This document shows positions 48,057 to 57,980 of a stretch of DNA of 64,000 nt, piece by piece. A program made the position numbers and the translations under genes. Under the pieces are notes generated by a model, which saw only the letters and a program-made list of their open reading frames with translations, did no database searches and had not been told where the DNA came from. Every line of letters starts with the position of its first letter. Positions within the stretch are counted from its first letter, which is position 1. This stretch comes from Marinicella sp. (lineage in GTDB: Bacteria > Pseudomonadota > Gammaproteobacteria > Xanthomonadales > Marinicellaceae), in contig OZ246001.1 in NCBI GenBank assembly GCA_965230295.1, positions 1,472,001 through 1,536,000 on the forward strand, read 5' to 3'.

Positions 48057-50240
48057 ATGAAACCCATGCAACTGTTATTGACCTTACTTCTGGGCTTTGC
48101 TGCAAACAATTTGTGCGCTGCTTATCAATTCAACAACCAGTTTTTTGGCGGGCCTAACCAAAGTGTCTTTACCCTCAGCGGTGATTTGAACGGTTTTGTT
48201 GCGGCCAGACAATCGGTACCCGTCGAATATATGAATGAAGCAGGTGATTTAGAGTGTCATGTGTTGTTCAGAAAAACCGCCAATTCCTGGCAATCAATGG
48301 GTGATATTGGATCAATCAACAATGGTCAAGATTGTCCTTTGATCACAGGAGGTGCATTCCCTATTCAAGCGGTTGAAGCGTTTGGGCCTGATACCTGTAT
48401 CGGTGGAGAATTCACCAATTTGGGCGGTGTGGCCGGGTTGAGTTATTTTGCCTGTTATTCTGATTCATTGGGCTGGTATCAACCCAATGGCATTGGCAAC
48501 GGCCCCAATGGGCCGGTGTATTCGATAGATTCAGATGCCTTGAATTTATACTTGGGAGGCGCATTCACCGAAGTCGATGGCGGTACCAGTGCCCGACGGG
48601 TGGTGAAAACCGATGGTTTGTTCTGGACGCCTTTGTACACTGATAACCAACAAACCAGTGATGGTGTCAATTCGACAGTTCAAGCGGTCTTTTCCACCAC
48701 CAGTTTCCTGGTCATTCAAATGGGCAACTCAACCATCACCTGGAACCCTTCAGTGCCTGAGTTTTTGGTCAGGGGAACACACAATGGCAATGCCGCATCC
48801 CATCCTGATGTGGTTATCAATGGTTCCACATTGACCGTTTCAACACGTGGTGCCTCACTGGTATCAGGGGATCCCGGTGGCAGCATTTCAGATTTTAATA
48901 TTGGTGGCGAGGAATGGTCAGAGTTTGGCATGACCGATGGTATTGATACCGATTTTGGTCAATTGGCTTTTGGCCTGGGTCCTTTGTATGCCACCGGGGA
49001 TTTCACCAGTTTTGATCCTGATGCCAGAGGACTTGCTTGGTACAACAGCATCACCTGGGAAGCCGCACCAGATGCAGCCTTGTTAGGCGATTTAGCCACC
49101 ACCCCACCTACAGATTTACAGCAAGGTGGTTCCCAGTTTTGTGTGTTGACCCAAGGGGTTCCTACCGATGCTGAACTGTATTGGAACACCCAGGTTTGTT
49201 ACGATGGCAGCAATTGGCAAGGCGACAATCAAGCTCCCATCTCTAACATCATCCAAACCATTGGTGAATTTAATAACCGCATCATTCATGGCGGCGATTT
49301 CAACGCCATCGGTGATCAAATATCGCCATTTGTGGGTGAGTTGGGTTCTACCAACCTTTGGACAGCCATCAGCCAACTGGCCTGGAGTGGCGCAGGTTCA
49401 GGGCATGTACGTCATTTGCAGGTATTTGATGGTGAACTGTATGCCACAGGCCTTTTTGACTCCGCCAATGGCGTCCCTGTACAGCACATAGCCAAATATG
49501 ATGGCACCAACTGGTCGCCAGTCATCACTGGTCTGAATGCCCTGAACGGTCACATGACTGTCTGGAACAACCAACTGATCATCCAAGGCACTTTCAACGC
49601 CATGGGACCCATCCTGACCTGGGATGGCAGTAACATCGGTGAAGCCGGGAACTTCAACCAAGGCGGCATCATCACTGATTTATCTACCCATCAAAACGAC
49701 TTGATCCTGGCCAATTTAGCCGCTGGAACCAGTCGCCTTTATGCATACGATGGTGGCACATGGCAGACTTTCGCCGGGACCCTACAAGGTGTCATCAACA
49801 CCACTGAGTCAGTGGGTAATCACTTGTATGTGGGTGGCGATTTCAGCAGTGCATGCAACACGGTGGATTTTGTGTTCGCTGAAAACATTTTCAGGTGGGA
49901 TGGCACGGGTTGTGACGCTTTGGGGGCAGGCGTCACCAACTCAGGCCCGATTGTCGGCATCAGCGACATCGTGCCCTATGGCAATGGCGTGATTGTGACT
50001 GGTCGCTTTAACCAAGCCGGTGGCCAAGCAGCCAACAGTTTGGCAATTTGGAATGGCAACAATTGGTTGGCCATGGACCAAGGGTTGGTGGATGGCATCG
50101 ACGAAGGTCAAGGCAATGCGTTGTGGATGAAGGACAACGCCCTCTATGTGGCTGGCTATTTTGAACAAGCCGGGGCGGTGTTATCACACAACTTTGCTTC
50201 AGTTGACCTGGATCCCTTGTTTAAAAGCGGGTTCGAATGA
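48057..50240 (+). CDS. Secreted beta-propeller-like repeat protein ending DPLFKSGFE
   Basis: Signal peptide; repeated LY.GG.F / W(D/N)G..W units. Confidence 0.78.
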   Translation: MKPMQLLLTLLLGFAANNLCAAYQFNNQFFGGPNQSVFTLSGDLNGFVAARQSVPVEYMNEAGDLECHVLFRKTANSWQSMGDIGSINNGQDCPLITGGAFPIQAVEAFGPDTCIGGEFTNLGGVAGLSYFACYSDSLGWYQPNGIGNGPNGPVYSIDSDALNLYLGGAFTEVDGGTSARRVVKTDGLFWTPLYTDNQQTSDGVNSTVQAVFSTTSFLVIQMGNSTITWNPSVPEFLVRGTHNGNAASHPDVVINGSTLTVSTRGASLVSGDPGGSISDFNIGGEEWSEFGMTDGIDTDFGQLAFGLGPLYATGDFTSFDPDARGLAWYNSITWEAAPDAALLGDLATTPPTDLQQGGSQFCVLTQGVPTDAELYWNTQVCYDGSNWQGDNQAPISNIIQTIGEFNNRIIHGGDFNAIGDQISPFVGELGSTNLWTAISQLAWSGAGSGHVRHLQVFDGELYATGLFDSANGVPVQHIAKYDGTNWSPVITGLNALNGHMTVWNNQLIIQGTFNAMGPILTWDGSNIGEAGNFNQGGIITDLSTHQNDLILANLAAGTSRLYAYDGGTWQTFAGTLQGVINTTESVGNHLYVGGDFSSACNTVDFVFAENIFRWDGTGCDALGAGVTNSGPIVGISDIVPYGNGVIVTGRFNQAGGQAANSLAIWNGNNWLAMDQGLVDGIDEGQGNALWMKDNALYVAGYFEQAGAVLSHNFASVDLDPLFKSGFE

Positions 50241-50271
50241 ACCCATACATTGACCAGGTGGTAACAACAAG

Positions 50272-50838
50272 TCACTGCATTTGGGTGATAAGCCAGGCCC
50301 TGGCAGCAGTCCAGTGGCGGTTGACTGTACGCGATGATGTGTTTAATGCCAAGGCAGTCTGCTCAACATTGAGACCGGAAAAATACCGCAACTTAACCAC
50401 GTCTGCCATCATCGGATCTTTTTCCTCAAGCTGTGACAGAGCACGATCCAAAGCCAAGATTTCGCCGCCCATGCTGTCTTCCAGAGCCACATCAATATCC
50501 CCGGTATGGGGCGCATTGGCACCACGTTTTAAACTGGCTTTGGCACGCGCGGATTCAATCAGTATGCGGCGCATGGACTCAGCCACTGCGGCAAAAAAAT
50601 GGCGTTTAGAATCCCAATTGAGGTCCGGTTGATTAACCAGGCGCAGGTAGGCTTCATGAACCAGTGCAGTTGGGGTTAATGTGTGGTTGGCTCGCTCGGA
50701 TTGCATCTTGGCTTGGGCCATGCGCCGCAATTCGACATAGATCAGGTTCAACAGCTGATTCTGTTTATCCTGATCACTGATGTCGTCTCTGGTCAACAGC
50801 GCTGTAACTTGTGAGCGGGTTTGGTCAAGCGAATCCAT
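50272..50838 (-). CDS. ECF-type sigma factor (STK-associated, TIGR02999-like)
   Basis: VTALL, YVELRRMA, HTLTPTALVHEAYLRL, HFFA, LRYFSGL, W..ARAWL. Confidence 0.9.
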   Translation of the reverse strand: MDSLDQTRSQVTALLTRDDISDQDKQNQLLNLIYVELRRMAQAKMQSERANHTLTPTALVHEAYLRLVNQPDLNWDSKRHFFAAVAESMRRILIESARAKASLKRGANAPHTGDIDVALEDSMGGEILALDRALSQLEEKDPMMADVVKLRYFSGLNVEQTALALNTSSRTVNRHWTAARAWLITQMQ

Positions 50839-50889
50839 GTTGTTATTGTAACTCAGCTCAAACTAAAAATTATGCGATAATCATAGACA

Positions 50890-53769
50890 ATGACTGATAA
50901 AGAGAACAAACACACAAAATCAGACACCACAGACTGGGATTTGCAATGGCAATTGTTTGATCAAATCATTGAGGCTGATGCAGAAAGGCAGGAACAATTG
51001 CTGTCTGAAATCAAACAGCAACATCCGCAGCATCACGATGTTTTGGTTGAACTGTTGGCCTCACACAACACGGCATCCACTTTGCTGGATGAGCCCATTA
51101 CCCAATTTGATGTGACCAAAAATGAACACATTCCCACTGAAATCGGAGGCTATGAAATCATCGAGCCCCTCGGGGCAGGTGGTTTGGGTGATGTTTATTT
51201 GGCACGCAAAGCTGAAGAAGGCTTTGAGCACATTGTGGCCTTGAAAATGGCCCCTTCTGGCCGCTATTCGAACCTGGTTTTGGACAGTTTTAACAATGAA
51301 TTGAGGATGTTATTGAACCTCAATCACCCCAACATTGAGCGTTTATTTGAAGGTGGTGTTTCAGCAGATAACATTCCTTACCTGGTGGTTGAATACATTG
51401 ACGGTGCTCACATTGACAGGTACTGCGACCAAAATCAACTTAACGTCAAACAACGCATCAAATTATTTGTCCAAATTTGTGAAGCTGTGGCCACACTGCA
51501 CCAATCACTCATCATTCACCGAGACATCAAACCAAGTAACATCATGGTCGACCAACAGGGCACAGCCAAGCTGCTGGATTTTGGCTTAGCCAAACTGATG
51601 GACATGAACCCGAGTGAAACACAAGAGGAGGCGACCATTTCAGGTTATATGATGACTTTGGCGTATGCCAGCCCTGAACAAATCAAAGGGCAAAACATCA
51701 CCACCGCCAGTGATGTTTATGCCTTGGGTATGCTGCTCTATTATTTGCTGTCCGGACAACTGCCTTACCGGATCAAACACAATGATTTGGCTGACGCAAG
51801 CAGACAAATCACTGAAAAAGTCCCACCAGTCGCCAGCCAGAACATCTTGAATGAGGCCGTCATTAATCAGCAACATGGCCAACTCAAAAAGCAGTTAAAA
51901 GGTGAGTTGGATGCCATTTTAGCCAAAGCCATTCACAAGGAACCTGAACGCCGTTATGCATCGGCCCAACAGTTGGCTGACGACCTCAACCGTTACTTAA
52001 ACCACCACCCCATCACAGCCAAGCCTGATAGCATCAGTTACCGCATGAATAAATTCATCCAGCGCCACACAGCTGGTGTGTTGACTTCATCGCTATTTGT
52101 GATTTCTTTGGTGGTCTTGACGGTGATGCTCTTCAACCGCTCACATGAATTGGAAAATGCCCTGTTGGCCACCCAGCAGGAACAAAGGCGAGTCACTGCG
52201 GTGACTGATTTCCTGGTCGATGTTTTCAAAGTGTCGGACCCGCTGTTGAACCAGTCTGAAATTGTAGATGTGAAAGATTTGCTGGATTACTCAACTGAAC
52301 AGTTGCACAATCAATTCAATGAAGAACCTGCCACCAAAGCCCGTTTATACGAAACTTTGGGGTCGGTTTATCTGAACATGAGTGACATCACCCAAGCCGA
52401 TCAGCTCTTGCAGCACGCCGCTGCCATCCATTACAGCAAACAACCTCAAGAGCAGCTGTCTTCCTTGCTGATCCAAGCTGAACTGATGTTACGCAAAGGC
52501 GAACTGAACCCAGCTTTGTCATTGATTTCTGAGTTCAAACAGCAACACGCCGACCTATCCATCAACCCATCAACACAATTACGTTTGGCATTGCTGCAAG
52601 GTACCTTACAGTACCAACTGGGCCAATCTGATGCAGCCATCAGCACCCTGACTCAAGCAGAACAAACATTGGCCAACGATGAGTCCTCTAACAACCTGTT
52701 CAAAGTGCAACAATTGCGTGCTGACATCAACCATTTACTGGGGAATGTTTATTGGAAACTGGGGGATTTTCCAAAAGTGGCCGAGCATTATGAAAAAGGT
52801 TACAACAGCAACTTGGCTCGCTTAGGACCAGACCATCATTTCACCCTGAAAAGTTTGTCTGCTTTGGGTGTGTTGGCCTATGCCCAAGGTGATTTCAATC
52901 AAGCCTTGGTACAGTTGGATCAAGTACTGAAATCTCGAAGCGCACACTTGGGAGAAGATCATTTTCTGACGGCCGACGCCCACAATCGACTCGGAGCCAC
53001 CCACTATGAGTTAGGCCATCTGGACGATGCGGTCACCCATTACGATGCTGCACTGAAGGCATTTGACGCCAGCGGTTTAACAGACTCAATCAAGTACACC
53101 CGGGTATTGAACAATTTGGGATTGGTCAAACGCCTACAAAACCAAGCCACTGAAGCCCAAGCCCTGTTCACCGAAGCCCTGCGAATTCAAACCCAGTTAC
53201 TGGGTGAAGGACACCCTGACCTGGGCACCATGATGCATAATCTGGGTCTGGTGGCCATCGATCAGCATGAATATGAACTGGCCTTGGACTGGTTCATGAA
53301 ATCGTATGACATCCAATACCAAGCCAATCAATTGAACAACATCAACATCACCCATGCCATGAGCAACATCGCCCGCATGCATGTGTTTCTTGGTCAGCCA
53401 GAACAGGCACAAACCTGGATTGATGACGCCTTATTTTTGCGCCTGTCACAACTAGGTGAAGACAACTTACTGTATGCAGTGACTTTGATGGTTCAAGCCG
53501 AATGGGCCTTGGCTTCTGGCAATGATGAATTGGCCAGGCAAGCCGCACAGGCTGCATTCAAGATACGAGACCATTTATTGGATGATACCGACATCCGTTT
53601 GATTTTCTCACGGTTGTTTGTTAACAGCATGGCAGCTGATAAACCAGAACAAGCCCAAGCGGCTATATGCGACTTGATCAAGCTAGAAAACGCCTTTGGA
53701 CAACAACACCCTACTGTAGTTGCTCTGGCCTCCAGGTTACCTCAAGGCTTAACGTCTTCATGTCAATGA
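50890..53769 (+). CDS. Hanks-type Ser/Thr protein kinase with TM segment and C-terminal TPRs
   Basis: LGAGGLGDVY, VALK, HRDIKPSN, DFG, YASPE, SDVYALG, RRY; multiple LG.DH/NNLG TPRs. Confidence 0.93.
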   Translation: MTDKENKHTKSDTTDWDLQWQLFDQIIEADAERQEQLLSEIKQQHPQHHDVLVELLASHNTASTLLDEPITQFDVTKNEHIPTEIGGYEIIEPLGAGGLGDVYLARKAEEGFEHIVALKMAPSGRYSNLVLDSFNNELRMLLNLNHPNIERLFEGGVSADNIPYLVVEYIDGAHIDRYCDQNQLNVKQRIKLFVQICEAVATLHQSLIIHRDIKPSNIMVDQQGTAKLLDFGLAKLMDMNPSETQEEATISGYMMTLAYASPEQIKGQNITTASDVYALGMLLYYLLSGQLPYRIKHNDLADASRQITEKVPPVASQNILNEAVINQQHGQLKKQLKGELDAILAKAIHKEPERRYASAQQLADDLNRYLNHHPITAKPDSISYRMNKFIQRHTAGVLTSSLFVISLVVLTVMLFNRSHELENALLATQQEQRRVTAVTDFLVDVFKVSDPLLNQSEIVDVKDLLDYSTEQLHNQFNEEPATKARLYETLGSVYLNMSDITQADQLLQHAAAIHYSKQPQEQLSSLLIQAELMLRKGELNPALSLISEFKQQHADLSINPSTQLRLALLQGTLQYQLGQSDAAISTLTQAEQTLANDESSNNLFKVQQLRADINHLLGNVYWKLGDFPKVAEHYEKGYNSNLARLGPDHHFTLKSLSALGVLAYAQGDFNQALVQLDQVLKSRSAHLGEDHFLTADAHNRLGATHYELGHLDDAVTHYDAALKAFDASGLTDSIKYTRVLNNLGLVKRLQNQATEAQALFTEALRIQTQLLGEGHPDLGTMMHNLGLVAIDQHEYELALDWFMKSYDIQYQANQLNNINITHAMSNIARMHVFLGQPEQAQTWIDDALFLRLSQLGEDNLLYAVTLMVQAEWALASGNDELARQAAQAAFKIRDHLLDDTDIRLIFSRLFVNSMAADKPEQAQAAICDLIKLENAFGQQHPTVVALASRLPQGLTSSCQ

Positions 53770-53789
53770 GGGTTATACATGTGTGACTC

Positions 53790-54050
53790 GGAAAACTGGT
53801 GATCAGTTCGACCAGCGCAGGTAATGAAAGCATGGTGGTTTACCTGAAAGGTAATAAGCCTTGCTTGAATACCGTAGCTCGTCCGAGGTAGCAAGTTATG
53901 CTCACCGCGGTCGCTTTCATTTTTGTCTGGAACAGACATGCAGTGCGAAGCAACTGCTCAGACAATAGTCTGTAAAGGTCGGTTTATTTGCGCAGCAAAT
54001 ATGAAGACCTGTCAGACCATGAACCAGAATGAAGACCCAAGGGCATTCCT
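53790..54050. repeat. Dispersed modular intergenic element, copy 3
   Basis: 53921-54034 is identical to the reverse complement of 25092-25205; ends match copy 2 (TGATCAG.TCGACC.GCGCA; CCGAGGTAG; CCCAAGG.CATTCCT). Confidence 0.9.
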
Positions 54051-55261
54051 TAATGTTGCTCAGCATAGGTTTCGACCTCACGCCAAACTCGCATTAAATT
54101 ACCTGACAATATTTTTTCAATGTCTGCTTCCGTATAACCGCGTTGCAACAAACCATCTATCAAGCCGGGATATGTGGACACATCTTTCAACCCAGTTGGT
54201 AATGAATCACCAACCCCGTCATAATCAGAACCGATGCCGACATGATCAATACTTGTTAGCTTGACCACATGATCAAAATGATCCAACACATCGTCTAAAT
54301 CAGCAAACGGGAAAGGCTTGGCCGCATTGTAATCTGCGGTGAATTTTTCAACCTCAGGGCTATCGACAGCCACTTCATGCTCACTGATGAACGCTTCTCT
54401 GGCAGCCTTGAACGTATTCCAATGATCCAGTGATTTTTGCGCAACGAATGTAGAACCAAAGTTGATAAAAATCACACCGCCTTGTGCTGCCATGGCTTGA
54501 ATCATGTCATCATTCATGTTGCGTTCGAAGCCTGGGGTGAAGTGTCGTGCTGAAGAATGCGAGGCGATCACCGGAACTTGGCTGATTTTCATCACATCGT
54601 AAAAGGCCAGATCTGAAATGTGCGAAACATCGACCATCACACCCGTTTCGTTCATCGCTTTGACCAATTTTTTTCCAAAAGCAGTCAGGCCCTGGGCCGG
54701 ACGTGCCTGGTCATAAGAAGAATCTGAAATGTGGTTGCTTAAAGAATGTGACAAGGTGATGTAGCGAATCCCTCTGTCATAAAAATGCTGCAAGTTCTTC
54801 AAATCACCGGCTATGGGCGAACCATTTTCCATACCCATGGGCAAAGAAATCAGTCCTTTGGTAAAATTGTCTTCCACTTGTGCGGTTGAATAGGCATGGG
54901 CAAATTTTCCTGGCGATTGTTTTACCATCAGCTCGACTGAGTCTATCAACTTATTGGCCACAGCCGTGCTGTCTCCCCCTTCGGCTTCAATGCTGGCCGG
55001 GACATAGATCGACATGAATGGGGCATCAAGACCGCCTGCCACCGCTCTTGGGTAATCAAAATCCCCGCTTTCTGTGGCTTGTGATACATCTGCGTAATTT
55101 TCTTCCAATCGATAGGGCACATCGACATGTAAATCAGTGATGATGTATTGCTTGCTGATTGACTCACCGGTCATTGGCTGCTGTTTAGGAGCAGGGGTTT
55201 GCTGGCAGCCCATCAATAATAATGTGCTGATCATAATACAGGTGGTGATTAATTGTTTCAT
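54050..55261 (-). CDS. Membrane dipeptidase (peptidase M19) lipoprotein
   Basis: Lipobox LMGC, DLHVD, GMENG, VDVSH, ASHS, HVGIGSDYDG. Confidence 0.9.
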   Translation of the reverse strand: MKQLITTCIMISTLLLMGCQQTPAPKQQPMTGESISKQYIITDLHVDVPYRLEENYADVSQATESGDFDYPRAVAGGLDAPFMSIYVPASIEAEGGDSTAVANKLIDSVELMVKQSPGKFAHAYSTAQVEDNFTKGLISLPMGMENGSPIAGDLKNLQHFYDRGIRYITLSHSLSNHISDSSYDQARPAQGLTAFGKKLVKAMNETGVMVDVSHISDLAFYDVMKISQVPVIASHSSARHFTPGFERNMNDDMIQAMAAQGGVIFINFGSTFVAQKSLDHWNTFKAAREAFISEHEVAVDSPEVEKFTADYNAAKPFPFADLDDVLDHFDHVVKLTSIDHVGIGSDYDGVGDSLPTGLKDVSTYPGLIDGLLQRGYTEADIEKILSGNLMRVWREVETYAEQH

Positions 55262-55397
55262 ATTGGTATTTTTCTGTGCTTGTTTGTTGGCTGTTGAAGA
55301 TGACATCAACAGCTCATTTTATCGATTGCCCAGACATGAAATTTGACCATCAAATCACCTGGGAAATAACTGACTGATTAGTTTACTCTAATTGAAA

Positions 55398-56180
55398 TCA
55401 AAAGCGCAATGACAAGCAACTGACACCACCATCTAACTTTTGGAATTCAGAAACATCCACCGCCAACACTTCAAACCCTGCTGACTGCAACAAGCCTTGA
55501 GTGACTGGAAATCCAGCTGGCATGATGACCCGATCATTGACCCAGATACAATTCGCCGCATAGACTTCAGATGGCGGTACCTCCAATCGCCTGAATGATC
55601 TGAATTCAGGTTTGTCAATGAATTCACCACTGACCAATAGAACACCATTTTCCAAGTAACTGACACCCGTTTTCAGATGCAAAACATCCTGCAAAGAAAT
55701 CACCGATCCCGTCAACTGTTGTTGTTCTAACCAGGCGATCAATTGCTCAGCCCCTGCTTGATTGGTCCTGGCGGATAACCCAATGTAGTAATGGTTTCCA
55801 ACCATCATCACGTCTCCGCCATCCAATGTACCAGGCGCTTCAATCTTGGCCAAAGGAGTAAATCGTGTTTCAAGTGCGGCTGCAATGGCCAGGGTTTCTC
55901 CTTGGCGAGAAGTCGCACCAGGGTGGGTAATGATCGCACCTGCTGGTGTAATGATGGCAGGGTCTTCAACAAAACACGCATCAGGAAATGAATCTTCTGC
56001 CGGCAACACTTCGACCTGTAAGCCACATTGTGCCAAAGCCCCTATGTATTGCTTGTGTTGCTCTAAGGCCAGATTGTGATCTGGTAAACCCAATCCGGCA
56101 TGGGTGATCCCAGCCACCATCGACTGAGATGGTGTTTTCACCAAGGCATTCTTAAACATGTCTTGTTCAACTAAAAGCAT
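55398..56180 (-). CDS. Dimethylarginine dimethylaminohydrolase family
   Basis: FPDACFVED, SRQGE, LDGGDV, RTN, HLKTG, DGGVSCLSLRF. Confidence 0.9.
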   Translation of the reverse strand: MLLVEQDMFKNALVKTPSQSMVAGITHAGLGLPDHNLALEQHKQYIGALAQCGLQVEVLPAEDSFPDACFVEDPAIITPAGAIITHPGATSRQGETLAIAAALETRFTPLAKIEAPGTLDGGDVMMVGNHYYIGLSARTNQAGAEQLIAWLEQQQLTGSVISLQDVLHLKTGVSYLENGVLLVSGEFIDKPEFRSFRRLEVPPSEVYAANCIWVNDRVIMPAGFPVTQGLLQSAGFEVLAVDVSEFQKLDGGVSCLSLRF

Positions 56181-56298
56181 TCATTTTGCGCTGCTGGTCA
56201 AAAATATTCAAGGCCTACTGCTGGTTGTGGCCAACCAGCCCATGGGATAAAATTCTAATTTACACCAGATATCCCATTGGGCACCACAGGAACACACC

Positions 56299-56883
56299 AT
56301 GCGTTTTGAACCCACCACATTAAGCGGCCAACATGTTCGATTGGAACCCCTGCAAAAACATCACTTGCCCGGCCTTAAAACAGCCATTTTAGACGGACAA
56401 TTGTGGCGGTTAATGGTGACCAGTGTGCCGCACCCTGATCAACTTGAAAACTTTTTAGATCATGCGCTGAAAGAACAACAACTCGGCTCAGCCATGGCCT
56501 TTGCCACCATAGACCAACTCAACAATCTGGTGGTGGGTTCGACCCGTTATTTGAATACCGATTGGCTTCATGCCAGGACAGAGATAGGGTTCACCTTCAT
56601 TGCCAAGAGCAAACAAAGAACAGCCATCAACACCGAAGCCAAATTACTGATGCTACAACATGCTTTTGAAACTTGCCCATTCAATCGGGTGGCTTTTCTG
56701 ACTGATTTCCTGAACCAGCCTTCAAGGAATGCCATCCAAAGACTGGGTGCGAAACAGGAAGGCATATTACGCAATCACATGGTGATGGTAGATGGGCGGG
56801 TCAGAGACACTGTGGTCTTCAGTATTGCCAAACACGAATGGCCAGGCATCAAGCAATTGTTGCAGGAGAAATTGAACCGGTGA
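56299..56883 (+). CDS. GNAT N-acetyltransferase (RimJ/RimL-like)
   Basis: VRLEPL, VGSTRY, EIGFT, NTEAK.L.L.HAFE, RLGAKQEG.LR.H, RDTVVFSI. Confidence 0.88.
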   Translation: MRFEPTTLSGQHVRLEPLQKHHLPGLKTAILDGQLWRLMVTSVPHPDQLENFLDHALKEQQLGSAMAFATIDQLNNLVVGSTRYLNTDWLHARTEIGFTFIAKSKQRTAINTEAKLLMLQHAFETCPFNRVAFLTDFLNQPSRNAIQRLGAKQEGILRNHMVMVDGRVRDTVVFSIAKHEWPGIKQLLQEKLNR

Positions 56884-57335
56884 TCTCTTTTCGTTTTGCT
56901 GAACGCCCCGACTTGACCACTTTGGTGAACATGCTGGCCGACGACCCTTTGGGCGCTCAACGCGAAGACCCGTCTTTGCCCTTATCAAAAACCTATCAAC
57001 AAGCCTTTGCTCAGATCGAGAAAGACGACAACAATGAATTGGTGGTGATAGAAAACCAGCAACAAATTATCGGCATGCTGCAGTTGACCTTCATACCTTA
57101 TTTGACCCACCAGGGTTCCTGGCGATGTTTGATAGAGGGCGTTCGGATTCATAAAGATTGTCGCGGTCAAGGATTGGGACAAAAAATGTTTGAATGGGCC
57201 ATTGATCGGGCCAAACAAAGGGGATGTCGCTTGGTCCAGCTGACCTCTGACAAGCAAAGACCGGATGCCATTCGCTTCTACCAGTCTTTGGGCTTCAAAG
57301 CCAGCCATGAAGGCTTTAAGTTGAAACTGGATTAA
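56880..57335 (+). CDS. GNAT N-acetyltransferase
   Basis: LADDPLG..RE, IEGVRI...RGQGLG, QLTSDKQR..A.RFY..LGF; GTGA overlap with the upstream gene. Confidence 0.88.
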   Translation: MISFRFAERPDLTTLVNMLADDPLGAQREDPSLPLSKTYQQAFAQIEKDDNNELVVIENQQQIIGMLQLTFIPYLTHQGSWRCLIEGVRIHKDCRGQGLGQKMFEWAIDRAKQRGCRLVQLTSDKQRPDAIRFYQSLGFKASHEGFKLKLD

Positions 57336-57928
57336 TCTTGTTTTTCCAGCAAGGCTTGTTGCATGGCCGCCAGTAAATCGGCGTCCTTGACCGGGTCCAG
57401 ATGATTGATCACGCCTTGTATGTCAGCCAATGAACGGTTTTGATTCAATTTATACTTACATTGAATTTCTGTGATCTTCAATTCAAAACCCACGATGGCC
57501 CTTAACATCTCTACCCGGTACTCTGGTACCCAAGGGTTTTCTCGATGCTGTTCGTATTGGTCAGCCAGGCCATTGACCACTTCAGCCAGTCGTTCAGTGT
57601 CATTGAACACTCGGCATTGACCATAAATATGCACCGCTTGGTAGTTCCAGGTTGGGACACTGTTGACTGTATACCAAGTCGGGGAAATGTAACCATGCGC
57701 ACCACTTAATGTGACCAAAACCTGCTGATTTTCCAAGCTCAAATGCTGTGGATTTTGTTTGGCCATGTGGCCTGTCAATACGGATAATTCAGCATCATAC
57801 AAAAAGGGTAGGTGGGTGCAAATTATTTGTCCTTCATGCAGCGAATTGAGCTGCCCAAAGGCATTGTTCAAGATAAACTGGTCAATGGTTGCCTGATCTG
57901 TTACAACAAAACTTTGGGGTATAAACAT
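57332..57928 (-). CDS. FMN-binding PaiB-like protein
   Basis: THLPF, GHMAKQN, HGYISP.WY, VPTWNY.AVH, KLNQN. Confidence 0.88.
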   Translation of the reverse strand: MFIPQSFVVTDQATIDQFILNNAFGQLNSLHEGQIICTHLPFLYDAELSVLTGHMAKQNPQHLSLENQQVLVTLSGAHGYISPTWYTVNSVPTWNYQAVHIYGQCRVFNDTERLAEVVNGLADQYEQHRENPWVPEYRVEMLRAIVGFELKITEIQCKYKLNQNRSLADIQGVINHLDPVKDADLLAAMQQALLEKQD

Positions 57929-57980
57929 CTATGCTTTCAGATACACTTAACCCTGACTATCATATACCAAATTTTTCAAT

